A stretch of 64,000 bases of DNA from an uncultured delta proteobacterium (GCA_963704165.1 CAVPHD010000002.1:32001-96000); one strand, 5' to 3'; shown: positions 19,751-29,162, counted from the stretch's first letter. Numbers and translations: made by a program. The notes: generated by a model not told the origin, from the sequence alone.

Positions 19751-21325
19751 ATGGTCACGAAGGTCGCAAAGAAGGGATCGAAGAAGCTCGCGAAGAAGAG
19801 TTCGAAGAAGGTCGTGAAGACCACCGCGAAAAGCGCGGTGAAGAAGAGCACGCCCTCGAAGCGCCCCGAGCACTTCGACGTCCTGATCGTCGGCGCGGGC
19901 ATCTCCGGAGTCGGCGGCGCCTACCACCTGCAGGAGCAGTGCCCCGGCAAGAGCTTCGTCGTGCTCGATGCGCTCGAGAGCTTCGGCGGCACGTGGCTCA
20001 CGCATACCTACCCGGGCATCCGCTCCGACAGCGATCTCTATACCTTCGGCTACCGCTTCAAGCCGTGGACGACGGCACCCGTCGCGACCGCCGACGAAAT
20101 TTTGAAGTACATGGGCGAGGTGATCGAGGAGAACGACCTCGCCCGTCACATTCGCTACCGGCACAAGATCTCGACCGCGTCGTGGTCGAGCAAGGACAAG
20201 CTCTGGACCGTCGAGGCGACGCGCACCGATACGGGAGCGACCTGTCGCTTCACGACGAACTTCCTCTGGATGTGCCAGGGCTACTACCACCACGAGAAGG
20301 GCTACACCCCCGAGTGGAAGGACATGGACCTCTACCAGGGCACGCTGGTTCACGCGCAGACCTGGCCCGCGGACCTCGATTACAAGGACAAGAACGTGCT
20401 GGTGATCGGGTCCGGGGCGACCACGGCCACGCTCGTGCCCGCGATCGCAGGCGCGACGAATCACACGACCGTCCTGCAGCGTTCGCCGACGTACTTCTTC
20501 CCGGCGCCCAACACCAACGAGCTCGCCAACACGCTTCGCTTGCTCGAGATCGACGAGACCTGGATCCACGAGATCGTGCGACGCGGGATCCTGTACCTGC
20601 AGCAGGTGATGACGCGACGCTCCCGCGAAGAGGGCGAGGCGGTGAGGGAGGAGCTGCTCGCCGGCGTGCGCGCGTACCTCCCCGAAGAAGAGGTGAAGAA
20701 GCACTTCACGCCGAAGTACCGACCCTGGCAGCAGCGTCTCGCGTTCGTCCCCGACGGCGACCTCTTCAAGGGCATTCTCGCGGGCAAGGCGTCCGTCGTC
20801 ACCGACGAGATCGACCGCTTCACCGAGAAGGGTGTGCTGACGAAGTCCGGCCAGGAGATCGAGGCCGACATCATCGTCGCCGCGACCGGATTCAGCATCA
20901 GCGTGCTCGGCGACATCGCGTTCACCGTCGACGGAAAGCCGGTCGATTTCCACGACACGATCACCTACCGAGGCATGATGTTCACCGGCGGTGCCGAACA
21001 TGCTCTGGGTGTTCGGGTACTTCCGCGCCAGCTGGACGCTTCGGGTGGATCTCCTCTCCGATTTCGTGTGCCGGCTGCTTGAACCACATGAAGAAGAAGC
21101 GCGTGAAGCAGGTCATGGTCGAGCTGCGGCCCGAGGACAAGACCATGCCGCTGCCACAACTGGATCGACCCCAACGACTTCAACCCCGGCTACCTGATGC
21201 GCTCCATGCATCTGCTGCCCAGGCGCGGCGACAAGCCCGAGTGGCAGCACACGCAGGACTACTGGACGGAGAAGGTCACGATCCCCGCGATCGACCTCGA
21301 CGGCAAGGAGTTCAAGTACAGCTGA
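19751..21325 (+). CDS. EthA-like flavin-containing (Baeyer-Villiger-type) monooxygenase, three frameshifts
   Basis: GAGISG, GGTW..YPGIRSDSD, YQGTLVHAQTWP fingerprint, GSGAT, LQRSPTY, ATG. Frame switches near 20990, 21080 and 21154. Confidence 0.88.
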
Positions 21326-21361
21326 GCGTGACGCTCCGCTCTGTGGAGTCGGGGGAGATCG

Positions 21362-22243
21362 ATGCCGGCGCCGAGCTCTCCCGTAGCCGTCGTCACCGGG
21401 ACCAGCACCGGGATCGGCTTTGCAACGGCGCTGCACTTCGCGCGAAACGGGTACCGCGTGTACGCGGGAATGCGGAACCTCGAAAAGGCCGCAAAGCTCG
21501 TCGAGGCAGCTGAGTGCGATCGGCTCCCGCTCGAGGTGATCGAGCTCGACGTCAACTCCGGGCCGTCGGTCGAGCGCGCGTTCGCGCGCGCCGCAGGTGG
21601 CGGAGACGTCGACCTCTTGGTGAACAACGCCGGAATCGGCGGCGCCGCGCCGCTCGAGCTCGTTCCCGAAGCCGAGCACCGCCAGATCTTCGAGACGAAC
21701 TACTTCGGTGCGATCCGCTGCATCCAGGCCGTGCTGCCGGGAATGCGACAGCGCGGGCGCGGCGCGATCGCGAACGTCACGTCGGCGGTCGGGCGAATCG
21801 CGACACCGAACCAGATTCCCTACTCGGCATCGAAGTTCGCGCTCGAGTGCGCGGGCGAGGCGCTCGCGCACGAGGTCCGCCGCTTCGGCGTGCGCGTCGT
21901 GAACATCGAGCCGGGTGTGATCCTGACGAACATCTTCGAGAACTCCGCGGCGACGACGCGCTACGAGAAGTCCTCGCCGTACCAGCCGATCATGCGCCGC
22001 AACGGCAAGATCTACGCGGCCGGCTTCCGCGCCGGCGTGCAGCCGCAGGTCGTCGCCGAGACGATTCTCGAGGCCGTCACCACGGCCGACTATCGCCTGC
22101 GCTGGCCCGTCGGCGCCGACGCCGTCGGCTTCGCGAGCGGCCGCCCGCAGATCTCGGACGAGGCCTGGGTCGCGATGGGCGACGATCTCGGCGACGAAGA
22201 CTACAACCGCCGCTTCTTCGAGTACTTCGGGATCCGTCTCTGA
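21362..22243 (+). CDS. Short-chain dehydrogenase/reductase
   Basis: TGTSTGIG, NNAG, YSASK, EPG. Confidence 0.93.
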   Translation: MPAPSSPVAVVTGTSTGIGFATALHFARNGYRVYAGMRNLEKAAKLVEAAECDRLPLEVIELDVNSGPSVERAFARAAGGGDVDLLVNNAGIGGAAPLELVPEAEHRQIFETNYFGAIRCIQAVLPGMRQRGRGAIANVTSAVGRIATPNQIPYSASKFALECAGEALAHEVRRFGVRVVNIEPGVILTNIFENSAATTRYEKSSPYQPIMRRNGKIYAAGFRAGVQPQVVAETILEAVTTADYRLRWPVGADAVGFASGRPQISDEAWVAMGDDLGDEDYNRRFFEYFGIRL

Positions 22244-22590
22244 GGCGATTCGGGAGCGACGCCACGAAGTTCTCGGGAAAGACCGACATCGATCTGTGGA
22301 GTCGCATCGATAGCACCGAGCAGCTCACGGTCTCGTTGTCCCCGGGTTTCGGGCTGAACGAGACCTTCCCGCTCTTCGGGCGGACCTACGACGTCGCTTC
22401 GGGGAAGTCGGTATTCATCGGCGGCGTCGCATTCGACGACGGCTCGTACGTGACCATCCAAGGGACGGCGAGCTGGGACAAGAACACCGGCGCGGTGAAG
22501 AGCCTTTCGGGCATCTTCGTCCAGGACTCGGTGTTTCGGCTCGGCTGCTTCTCTTCAGGGAAAGTGAAGACTTCGGAGCGCCTCCAGTGA
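22244..22590 (+). pseudogene. 5'-truncated fragment of a hypothetical protein
   Basis: About 110 protein-like codons (GSDATKFSGK...QGTASWDK...GCFSSGKVKT) begin directly at the SDR stop with no RBS or start codon at the 5' end. Confidence 0.5.
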
Positions 22591-22678
22591 TGCCGAAACG
22601 CGAGATTGAGGCTGCGCCGATTGGGATCTTACGGCGCGCGTGAGCGGAGCCGAGGGCAAGCCGAACAAGCGCGCCGCG

Positions 22679-23590
22679 TCAGCCGCGCACTCCGAGGACC
22701 CGCCGCAGCTCCGGCGCCGCGCTCGAGGGTATCGCAAGGATCTCGCCACTCTCCGGCACAGTGTCTGTCACGGCGCGGATCCCATGCTTCCCGACGGCAC
22801 AGAATTCGTAGTCGAGCCGCCGCAACAGATCCAAAACCGTCTCGACGTTGCCGCCGTGCCGATCCCAGTGGCGCTTCCTGTACTCGAAGATGAGGATCGG
22901 CCGGTGCTGCTCCAGGATCGGCCGGAGCTGATCGATCACGATCGTCTCATGTCCCTCGACGTCGATCTTGATGAAATCGCATGTCGGCAGCGGCGCTTCC
23001 CGCACCAGCGTCAGGCCGGAAATCGCTTGCACCTCGATCTTCTCCGTGGTGCCTTCCGCAACGGGCTGGAGGCTCGAGATGCCGGTTCTCGAGGCGTCCG
23101 CCGGCACGGCATGGAAGGACACGGGGCCATCGTGGTCCGACAACGCGGCCTCGACCACGGTCACATGTCCCAGTCGGTTGAGCGCGACGTTTTCCCGAAG
23201 CCGCGCGGCCATCCGCGGATGCGGCTCGACCGCAATGACTCGACCGGATGGTCCCGTCGCCCACGCCATCACCAGCGTATGCGTGCCGATGTTGGCACCG
23301 ACATCGAGGCAGACCGCACCCGGCTTCACCATCCGCCGGATCGCGTCGACGACGAGCGGCTCGTGGCAGCCGTGGAACAGAAGGCGGTAGTCGACCGAGC
23401 GGGAGGTATCGATGTGGATGGAGCCTTGGCCATACGGTGCGACCAAGTGCCGCCCCTTGCCCGGCGCGCCCTTCGGGCACGCCCACGCCGCCACGGCCTT
23501 GCAGAGCTCGTGTACCAAGGGAACGCGTCGCCGCATCACCGGCCGGAGGAAGAGCGCGAGATTCAGAACCCGCTGGTCGCTCCAGAGCAT
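22679..23590 (-). CDS. FkbM family methyltransferase
   Basis: LDVGANIGTH, AVEP, AALSD, FIKIDVEGHE, PILIFE. Confidence 0.9.
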   Translation of the reverse strand: MLWSDQRVLNLALFLRPVMRRRVPLVHELCKAVAAWACPKGAPGKGRHLVAPYGQGSIHIDTSRSVDYRLLFHGCHEPLVVDAIRRMVKPGAVCLDVGANIGTHTLVMAWATGPSGRVIAVEPHPRMAARLRENVALNRLGHVTVVEAALSDHDGPVSFHAVPADASRTGISSLQPVAEGTTEKIEVQAISGLTLVREAPLPTCDFIKIDVEGHETIVIDQLRPILEQHRPILIFEYRKRHWDRHGGNVETVLDLLRRLDYEFCAVGKHGIRAVTDTVPESGEILAIPSSAAPELRRVLGVRG

Positions 23591-23649
23591 GGGGCGTGGA
23601 TATCAAAATCGTCCCAGAGCAACAATTCCGAGCCGCACGGAACCGAGCG

Positions 23650-24750
23650 CTACGCCTCCAGGCTCCGCACGAACGTTTCGATCGGGCTGTGCTCGCTGGC
23701 GAGCCCGGCCGCTCGGCGTCTCGAAGCGTGCTCGTTCGCGAAGTCGCGGTAGAGCGCGATCACGCGCGGCACGGCCGCAGCCGCCCCAGCGCGATTTCCG
23801 GCGGTGATCAACGCCAGGCTCGAGATGAAGATCGGCGCGCCGAGCAGGGCGACGGCGGAGTTCTCCACCTCGTCGAGGTGGTTGGCGATGGCGGTCGCCT
23901 CGTGCGGTCGCGTCGAGATCAGGTAGCGCATGTGCCCGATTCCGTAGGCGAGCGAGCGCGACACGTCCTGGACGCCGAAGCGCGCGATCGTCTCGTCCGC
24001 CGCGTTCGTCGAGACGGCTCCGACATGGCGCAGCAGCGACTGCATCAGGCCGCAGAGCAGCAGATACCCGGACGCAGAGGCGCAAGGGTAGGTGCTCGCG
24101 TCGAAGACCGCCTTCAGCAACTCGCCGAGCGGAGCATGGTCGCGGCCGAGCCCGGTTCCGCCCGCGATGGCGCGCTTGCGGAAGACGTCCGCGAGCTGGG
24201 CCGCGTCGAACATCTGCGTGCACTGCCACATCTTGAGCTCCACCAGCTCCTGGTTGATGCGCCAGACCCACTTCGAAGGAATGTCGCCCAGGATCGTGGC
24301 CATGCCGGTGAGGTCGGTGTAGAGCTGCGCCAATGCCCGCTCGAAGTCGGGCGAGTGATCGAGCTTCTCGACGGCGTCCCAGGGGACCTGTCGCGACGGG
24401 ATCCAGTGGCGGGCCTTGGACTCCTCGTAGAGCTCGGGCGCATTTTCGGACCAGACCTCGCTCTTGCGATTGATGTCGTAGCCCAGGTGCGGAAGGCCCG
24501 GGGGCTGGACCGCACCGCGCGGTGCCATCGAGTAGTTGTGGCGGATCTTCTCGGGAATCTGATCCCACGAGTACCGGCCGACGTTCGTGTCGCCGAAGGT
24601 CAGCCCGCGCCGCGCGTGACTCGGCCGACAGTTCGCGTCCTCGCGGCCGGACGTCATCCAGTCGAGCGTCAGCTTGCCCTTCAGGATCTCGACCGAGCGC
24701 GCCAGGATCTCCGGGTTGTTGAAGAAGTCGTCTCTCGCGTAGTAGCCCAT
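23650..24750 (-). CDS. Ferritin-like fold protein lacking iron ligands (beta-like paralog)
   Basis: Colinear with 24770..25894 (RRGLT, APRGA, VW..EE..W..VPW, VFRKRA.AG), but the two DEARH motifs read DAAQL and DVSRS. Confidence 0.8.
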   Translation of the reverse strand: MGYYARDDFFNNPEILARSVEILKGKLTLDWMTSGREDANCRPSHARRGLTFGDTNVGRYSWDQIPEKIRHNYSMAPRGAVQPPGLPHLGYDINRKSEVWSENAPELYEESKARHWIPSRQVPWDAVEKLDHSPDFERALAQLYTDLTGMATILGDIPSKWVWRINQELVELKMWQCTQMFDAAQLADVFRKRAIAGGTGLGRDHAPLGELLKAVFDASTYPCASASGYLLLCGLMQSLLRHVGAVSTNAADETIARFGVQDVSRSLAYGIGHMRYLISTRPHEATAIANHLDEVENSAVALLGAPIFISSLALITAGNRAGAAAAVPRVIALYRDFANEHASRRRAAGLASEHSPIETFVRSLEA

Positions 24751-24769
24751 TTCGCTTCCTTTCCTCGGC

Positions 24770-25894
24770 TCAGGCCATGATTCCGGCGATCATCCGCTTC
24801 TGCAGCTCGAGCAACGGGCTGCGGGTGCGGCGCTCCGGCAGGCCGGCGCGCTCCGCACGGTGGAAGTACTCCTCGATCTGCTTGCCCTGGAAGGCGCCGA
24901 CCGTCTCGATGCCCTTGCGGATGCACTCCGGCGTGGTGCCCTTGCCGCCGAGCACGATCATCGACTCGAGCTGGTCGGGATTGAACAGACCCGAGAGGTG
25001 CCGCTCGGCCTCGTCGAGGAAGCCGTTGATCTGCGGGCGGACCTCCGGGCAGTTGTCCATCAGGTACTTCAGGTGCTGCAGCCCGTACGAGACGTGCCGT
25101 GCCTCGTCCTGCATCACGAGCTGGAACATCCGCTGCTCGACCGGGGTCGGCGAGATGTACTCGCTCGAGCGGAAGAGTGTCAGGATGAATCCCTCGCCGA
25201 GAACGTGCAGGAAGACGCTGCCCTCGCTGTAGCTGTCGGCCTCGAGGATGCCCTTGAGCGCGTGCTCGCCGCGCACGCTCGCGCGGAACAGACCCGCGCC
25301 CGCGAGCGCCCGCTTGCGGAACACTTCCGCGTGTCGCGCTTCGTCGATCGCCTGCGTGGCGATGAAGCCCTTCACGTCCTGGAAGTAGCTGTTCATGTGG
25401 TGGCTCCACTTCGCCGGCAGGTCGGTCGCGATCATCTCGACCTCGGAGAGCAGAGTGCAGAGCTGACAGAACGCGACCTCGATGTCCTCGGGGATCTCGT
25501 ACTTGTCCATGTCGCTCCAGGGAACGTCGGTCGTCGCGTTCCACTGCCGGCTCATGGCCTCTTCCCAGTAGCTCTGGACGCGGTACGCCCAGACGTCGGA
25601 CTTCTTGTTCAGCGACGGACCGAGGTCCGGCTGATCGGTGCCCTCGGCGAGGATCGCGCCGCGCGGAGCGACGCCGCGATTCTCGCGAACCACGCCGGGC
25701 GTGTTCTCGATCGAGTAGGGGCCGACCTCGCAGTCCTCGAGCGTGAGACCGCGCCGCGGGTCGGCGCGCCGGACCTTCACTTCTTCGCGCGCCCGGTCGA
25801 GCCAACCGAAGTCGAGGTTGCCCTTCTTGATGTCGCGAACGCGGAGATTGAAGTCGGAGTTGTACGAGAAATCATTCGTTCCGTAGTAGCTCAT
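24770..25894 (-). CDS. Ferritin-like diiron carboxylate protein (alpha-like)
   Basis: Full E...ExxH...E...ExxH set: SEVEM, DEARH, LGEGF, DEARH; GGAGG RBS. Confidence 0.85.
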   Translation of the reverse strand: MSYYGTNDFSYNSDFNLRVRDIKKGNLDFGWLDRAREEVKVRRADPRRGLTLEDCEVGPYSIENTPGVVRENRGVAPRGAILAEGTDQPDLGPSLNKKSDVWAYRVQSYWEEAMSRQWNATTDVPWSDMDKYEIPEDIEVAFCQLCTLLSEVEMIATDLPAKWSHHMNSYFQDVKGFIATQAIDEARHAEVFRKRALAGAGLFRASVRGEHALKGILEADSYSEGSVFLHVLGEGFILTLFRSSEYISPTPVEQRMFQLVMQDEARHVSYGLQHLKYLMDNCPEVRPQINGFLDEAERHLSGLFNPDQLESMIVLGGKGTTPECIRKGIETVGAFQGKQIEEYFHRAERAGLPERRTRSPLLELQKRMIAGIMA

Positions 25895-25930
25895 GATCGT
25901 CCTCCCGTGCGGGCCTTGCAGGCCTGCTGG

Positions 25931-26371
25931 CTAAGCCCACTCGATCTTGAGATCGGCCGCCTGGTTCACGAATGCCTGGATCGTCGCCATGAAGCGATAG
26001 AACTTGTCGTGCCCCTCCGGATCGTCGTAGACGACCTTCATGCGGTCGCCGACGTGGGAGAGGCTGTTCAGCGTGTGGGACGGCGTCGGCAGTCCGCCGC
26101 CCTTCTGGATCACCTCGAACATCTCCTTCCAGAGCGCGAGCGGAGCGTCGAGCGTGAAGTCGAAGCCGGCGCCGCTGGCGCTCGAGACCTCGCGAACGTC
26201 GGAGCACTCGAAGACGTCGAACTTCAGCGAGTACAAGTGCGGGCTCGTGCCGCTCACCTTCACGCCCATCACCGTGTCACAGAAGCCGAGCTTCTCGAAC
26301 TCGCCCGGATTCGCCTTCATGCGACGCGCCAGCTCCTGGAAGAAGTCCACCGAAGGAAATTTGACCGCCAT
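25931..26371 (-). CDS. SCP2-like (sterol carrier fold) protein
   Basis: KFPSVDFFQEL, FDFTLDAPLALWKEM pattern typical of small SCP2-like proteins; GGAG RBS. Confidence 0.6.
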   Translation of the reverse strand: MAVKFPSVDFFQELARRMKANPGEFEKLGFCDTVMGVKVSGTSPHLYSLKFDVFECSDVREVSSASGAGFDFTLDAPLALWKEMFEVIQKGGGLPTPSHTLNSLSHVGDRMKVVYDDPEGHDKFYRFMATIQAFVNQAADLKIEWA

Positions 26372-26406
26372 TGCTTGCTCTCCTCGCTCCGTTTGGTCTT
26401 GATCGT

Positions 26407-27087
26407 CTACGACACGGTCGCGGGCCAGGCCTCGACGCCGAGGTAGCCCAGAAACGCGCGTGTCAGCTCTGCACCCAGCTTCTCGTCCGAGGCGGGAATC
26501 CCGTGGACCCCGCCGTCGCCGAAGAGAATCGCTTGCTCGAGAGTCGCGAGCACGAATCGAAGCCCGAACGCCACGGCCGTCGCCGGATCGGGGTGCCGGA
26601 TCCCCTCGGCCCGTGGCAGCAGAAGCACGCACAGGCGGTCGCTCACGTGAGCCGCCAGGCGTTCCTTGCGCTCGATCATCGACGGCTCGCGCCGCGTGTG
26701 CACCAGAAGTTCGCGCAGCACGCCGCCGCCCGCGCGATAGACCTGCACCAGGAAGTCGACCAGCTCACCGACGATCTCGTCGATGCCAGCGCCGTCCCAG
26801 CGATCGGGATCGAGCGTGACGTCCGTCGTCAGGTGCGCCTCCTCGACGAAGCGATCCTGAAGGCAGTGCAGCACACCCAGCTTGTCGTGGAAGCGCGAGT
26901 AGACCGCGCCGACCGAGAATCCCGCCCGGGCCGCGATGTCCGCGACCGTGACGTCGTCGAAGCCCTTGTTCGCGATCAACGCCTCGGCGCTGTCGAGCAG
27001 GCGTTCGAGCGTCTGTTGGCTGCGCGCCTGGCGCACGGGCTGAATCCAGTTGAAACGGGAGTTCGCGCGCGTATCGGCCAGGTACAT
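26407..27087 (-). CDS. TetR family regulator
   Basis: QARSQQTLERLLDSAE...GFDDVTVADIAARAGFSVGAVYSRFHDK. Confidence 0.92.
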   Translation of the reverse strand: MYLADTRANSRFNWIQPVRQARSQQTLERLLDSAEALIANKGFDDVTVADIAARAGFSVGAVYSRFHDKLGVLHCLQDRFVEEAHLTTDVTLDPDRWDGAGIDEIVGELVDFLVQVYRAGGGVLRELLVHTRREPSMIERKERLAAHVSDRLCVLLLPRAEGIRHPDPATAVAFGLRFVLATLEQAILFGDGGVHGIPASDEKLGAELTRAFLGYLGVEAWPATVS

Positions 27088-27214
27088 ACGGGGGATTCCT
27101 GCAGAATTGCCAAAACGATAATCGGTATTCAGTTTTTGGTCAAACGCGCTCGTCGCCCGCGGATCGCGCTCTTGGGTGAGCGCGCGACCGGAGGCGTCGA
27201 GAGGCACATCGGAC

Positions 27215-27360
27215 GGTCGCTTCGCCTGCACCGAAGAACGGTACGGAACGCCGGTTGCCGGATCTCCGAGCCCTGGATCACCCAACGACTTCGAGAGGAG
27301 CCATGCGCTACGAGGAGTTCCCGCTAGCGCGGAGGTGTCCACGTAAGCGGGGCAACTCCA
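27215..27360 (+). mobile_element. Decayed IS3-family right end
   Basis: Reads ...SPNDFE...VST* (OrfB-like C-terminus) and ends GTGTCCACGTAAGCGGGGCAACTCCA, an IS3-like inverted repeat ending in CA. A homologous copy lies at 63395-63495; the left limit is approximate. Confidence 0.6.
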
Positions 27361-27376
27361 TTCAGACCCAAGCGGG

Positions 27377-27796
27377 TCAGTTGGGAACGAACTCGAGCTG
27401 ACGTCGGAACTCGAGATCCGTCAGTCCGTACTCTTCGAGGAGGCATTGCTCGATTCTCCGCTTGACCTCACGGGTGAACTCGGTTTCTCGCCTGTTCGAG
27501 TAGTCTCGCAGTGTGATCGAAATTGGATCGTCGGACACGGCAACGCCCACAGCGGCCTGATCCCCCTCTATCCGCACACCGTCCATTGGTAGGCTCTCCG
27601 GGTACTTTCCAAAGTCGCCGGCCTCCTTCCGCCGGAACCCAAGGTCCCGAGTCGCGTCGAGAACGCACGCATTGACTGCGTGCACGGTGATCGGGTGATC
27701 GCCGCGAATCCAGTAGATTCCCGTGTACGTTTGGTAGCAGGCAACGCTGAAGGCGGTCGCCGCAACCGTCAAGGCTCGTGATGCGAGCGGTGGCAT
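27377..27796 (-). CDS. Hypothetical lipoprotein
   Basis: MPPLASRALTVAATAFSVAC lipobox-like signal; codon use visibly less GC-biased than the host. Confidence 0.55.
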   Translation of the reverse strand: MPPLASRALTVAATAFSVACYQTYTGIYWIRGDHPITVHAVNACVLDATRDLGFRRKEAGDFGKYPESLPMDGVRIEGDQAAVGVAVSDDPISITLRDYSNRRETEFTREVKRRIEQCLLEEYGLTDLEFRRQLEFVPN

Positions 27797-28021
27797 CCTA
27801 GCCACTGACACCCCGTGCCGAGAAGGAACAATCGCGATCCGGCCAGAACGTATGCCGGCCCGGCGGGAAGGCTTGTAGGGTTCGACTCGATCCAGGCCCA
27901 GTGTTCCAGACGATAGGAAGGATGAGAGCGATTCTACCCGCGGAGTTCCGGCAAGGGGTGTTCTGCAGCCGCCCCCCTCGTCGGTGAAAGGAGGCGCCCC
28001 GGGAGCAAGCAACTCCACACG

Positions 28022-28249
28022 TCACTGTGTCAGGTCGAACGCAGCCGCGATGACCTGCTGCATTTCGTCGGACGATCCTGTCGCGACCTCTTGCGCGTGA
28101 ACACTCTGGTCGAGCGCAGTCGCCGCTTCGCAGCGCCCGCGGCAGGCCAGCGCACCTCCGAGGTCGGCCGCGCACTCGCGTCGCGCGCCGCGCAAGCTCG
28201 CGCGGCAGATGCCCACCGACGTGCGGCCTTCGTGCGCAAAACACTCCAT
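28022..28249 (-). CDS. Small Cys-rich B-box/DUF2180-like protein, possibly decayed
   Basis: MECFAH...VGIC...EC...AC RGRCE pattern with some expected Cys missing. Confidence 0.45.
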   Translation of the reverse strand: MECFAHEGRTSVGICRASLRGARRECAADLGGALACRGRCEAATALDQSVHAQEVATGSSDEMQQVIAAAFDLTQ

Positions 28250-28326
28250 GTCCGGCGGCTTCGGCCGCGGCGCGGCTTGAAACCTGCCTACACCGAATCT
28301 TGTCGCTGGATGTCTCTGTCGCGCAG

Positions 28327-28575
28327 CTAGCCCGGAGCGCGCTTGACGAAGCGCAAGAGCCAGATCAGCACGACCGCGCCGACGGTCGCCGTGATCAAGC
28401 GGCCGAGCAGTCCGCCCGCGTGGAGGCCGACCGCGCCGAACAGAAAGCCCCCGAGCAGCGCGCCGATCACGCCAACGATCAGGTCACCGACCAGGCCGAA
28501 GCCCCCGCCCTTCATGATCTGACCGGCCAGCCAGCCGGCCGCGAGTCCGATCAGGAGAAACCAGAGCAGCGACAT
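28327..28575 (-). CDS. GlsB/YeaQ/YmgE family stress-response membrane protein
   Basis: LIGLAAGWLAGQIMKGGGFGLVGDLIVGVIGALLGG, ATVGAVVL. Confidence 0.93.
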   Translation of the reverse strand: MSLLWFLLIGLAAGWLAGQIMKGGGFGLVGDLIVGVIGALLGGFLFGAVGLHAGGLLGRLITATVGAVVLIWLLRFVKRAPG

Positions 28576-28608
28576 GCGCTCTCCATTCCCTCCGCGCGCT
28601 CGCTAGCG

Positions 28609-28845
28609 CTAGTTCACGGTCTCGGAGGCTTTTTCCGCGGCCTTCTTCGCCGCTTCCTCGGCCTTCTTGGCCGCGTCCTGCGCGCCGGCCGAGACATCCT
28701 CGATGGCGTCTTGCACGCCCTCCGCGGGGCGTCGGTCGAGCGCATCGTTCACCGCGTCCGCGGCTTTGTCGGCGGCGCTCTGCTCCTGACACGCCGTGAA
28801 CGCGAGAACGGCCGATCCGAGCACCAGCATCTTTGCGATCTTCAT
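28609..28845 (-). CDS. Small Ala/Lys/Glu-rich lipoprotein
   Basis: GGAGG RBS; lipobox FTAC; AKKAEEAAKKAAEKA low-complexity helix. Confidence 0.75.
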   Translation of the reverse strand: MKIAKMLVLGSAVLAFTACQEQSAADKAADAVNDALDRRPAEGVQDAIEDVSAGAQDAAKKAEEAAKKAAEKASETVN

Positions 28846-29162
28846 GACTCTACCTCCGGCTCGACCGTAGCACGGGTGGTCGGATCTACACCGTGATCTG
28901 TCGCGGCGGTTTTCATTCGATCCATCGCCGGATGCCCGGCAGCGGGCGAGCGCACACTGCTCGTGAGCAGAACCGACCCCGAGAAGGCGAGCTCGCGGAC
29001 GGCGGCGGCAGGAAAGTGCTCGAGCGCCTGCGCGGCGGCGAGCGGTTGTGCGTTCGAGTCGACCCGGGGGCGGATCAAACCCGGGGCGGTTCACTGTTCC
29101 GGCCTGATCAGCCGCGGGGGCTCCGGGCGCGTACAATTCTGGTTCTGCCAAGCGAGGTCATC

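Noticed and set aside
14263..21325. Programmed frameshifting or true pseudogenes in DUF1329, the TMTC-like gene and the monooxygenase
   Set aside because: No slippery heptamers at the shift sites and no nonsense codons; uniform one-base insertions favour sequencing error
27112..27137. Operator for the diiron-cluster TetR (AAAACGATAATCGGTATTCAGTTTTT)
   Set aside because: AT-rich and well placed, but the symmetry is imperfect and needs a gap; too weak to call
27279..27386. Integron attC site: CCCAAC at the end of the 27377 ORF and GTTGGGT about 100 bp further on the minus strand
   Set aside because: The inner arms do not pair, the second copy has no matching inverse core, there is no intI, and an IS3 end explains the repeat better
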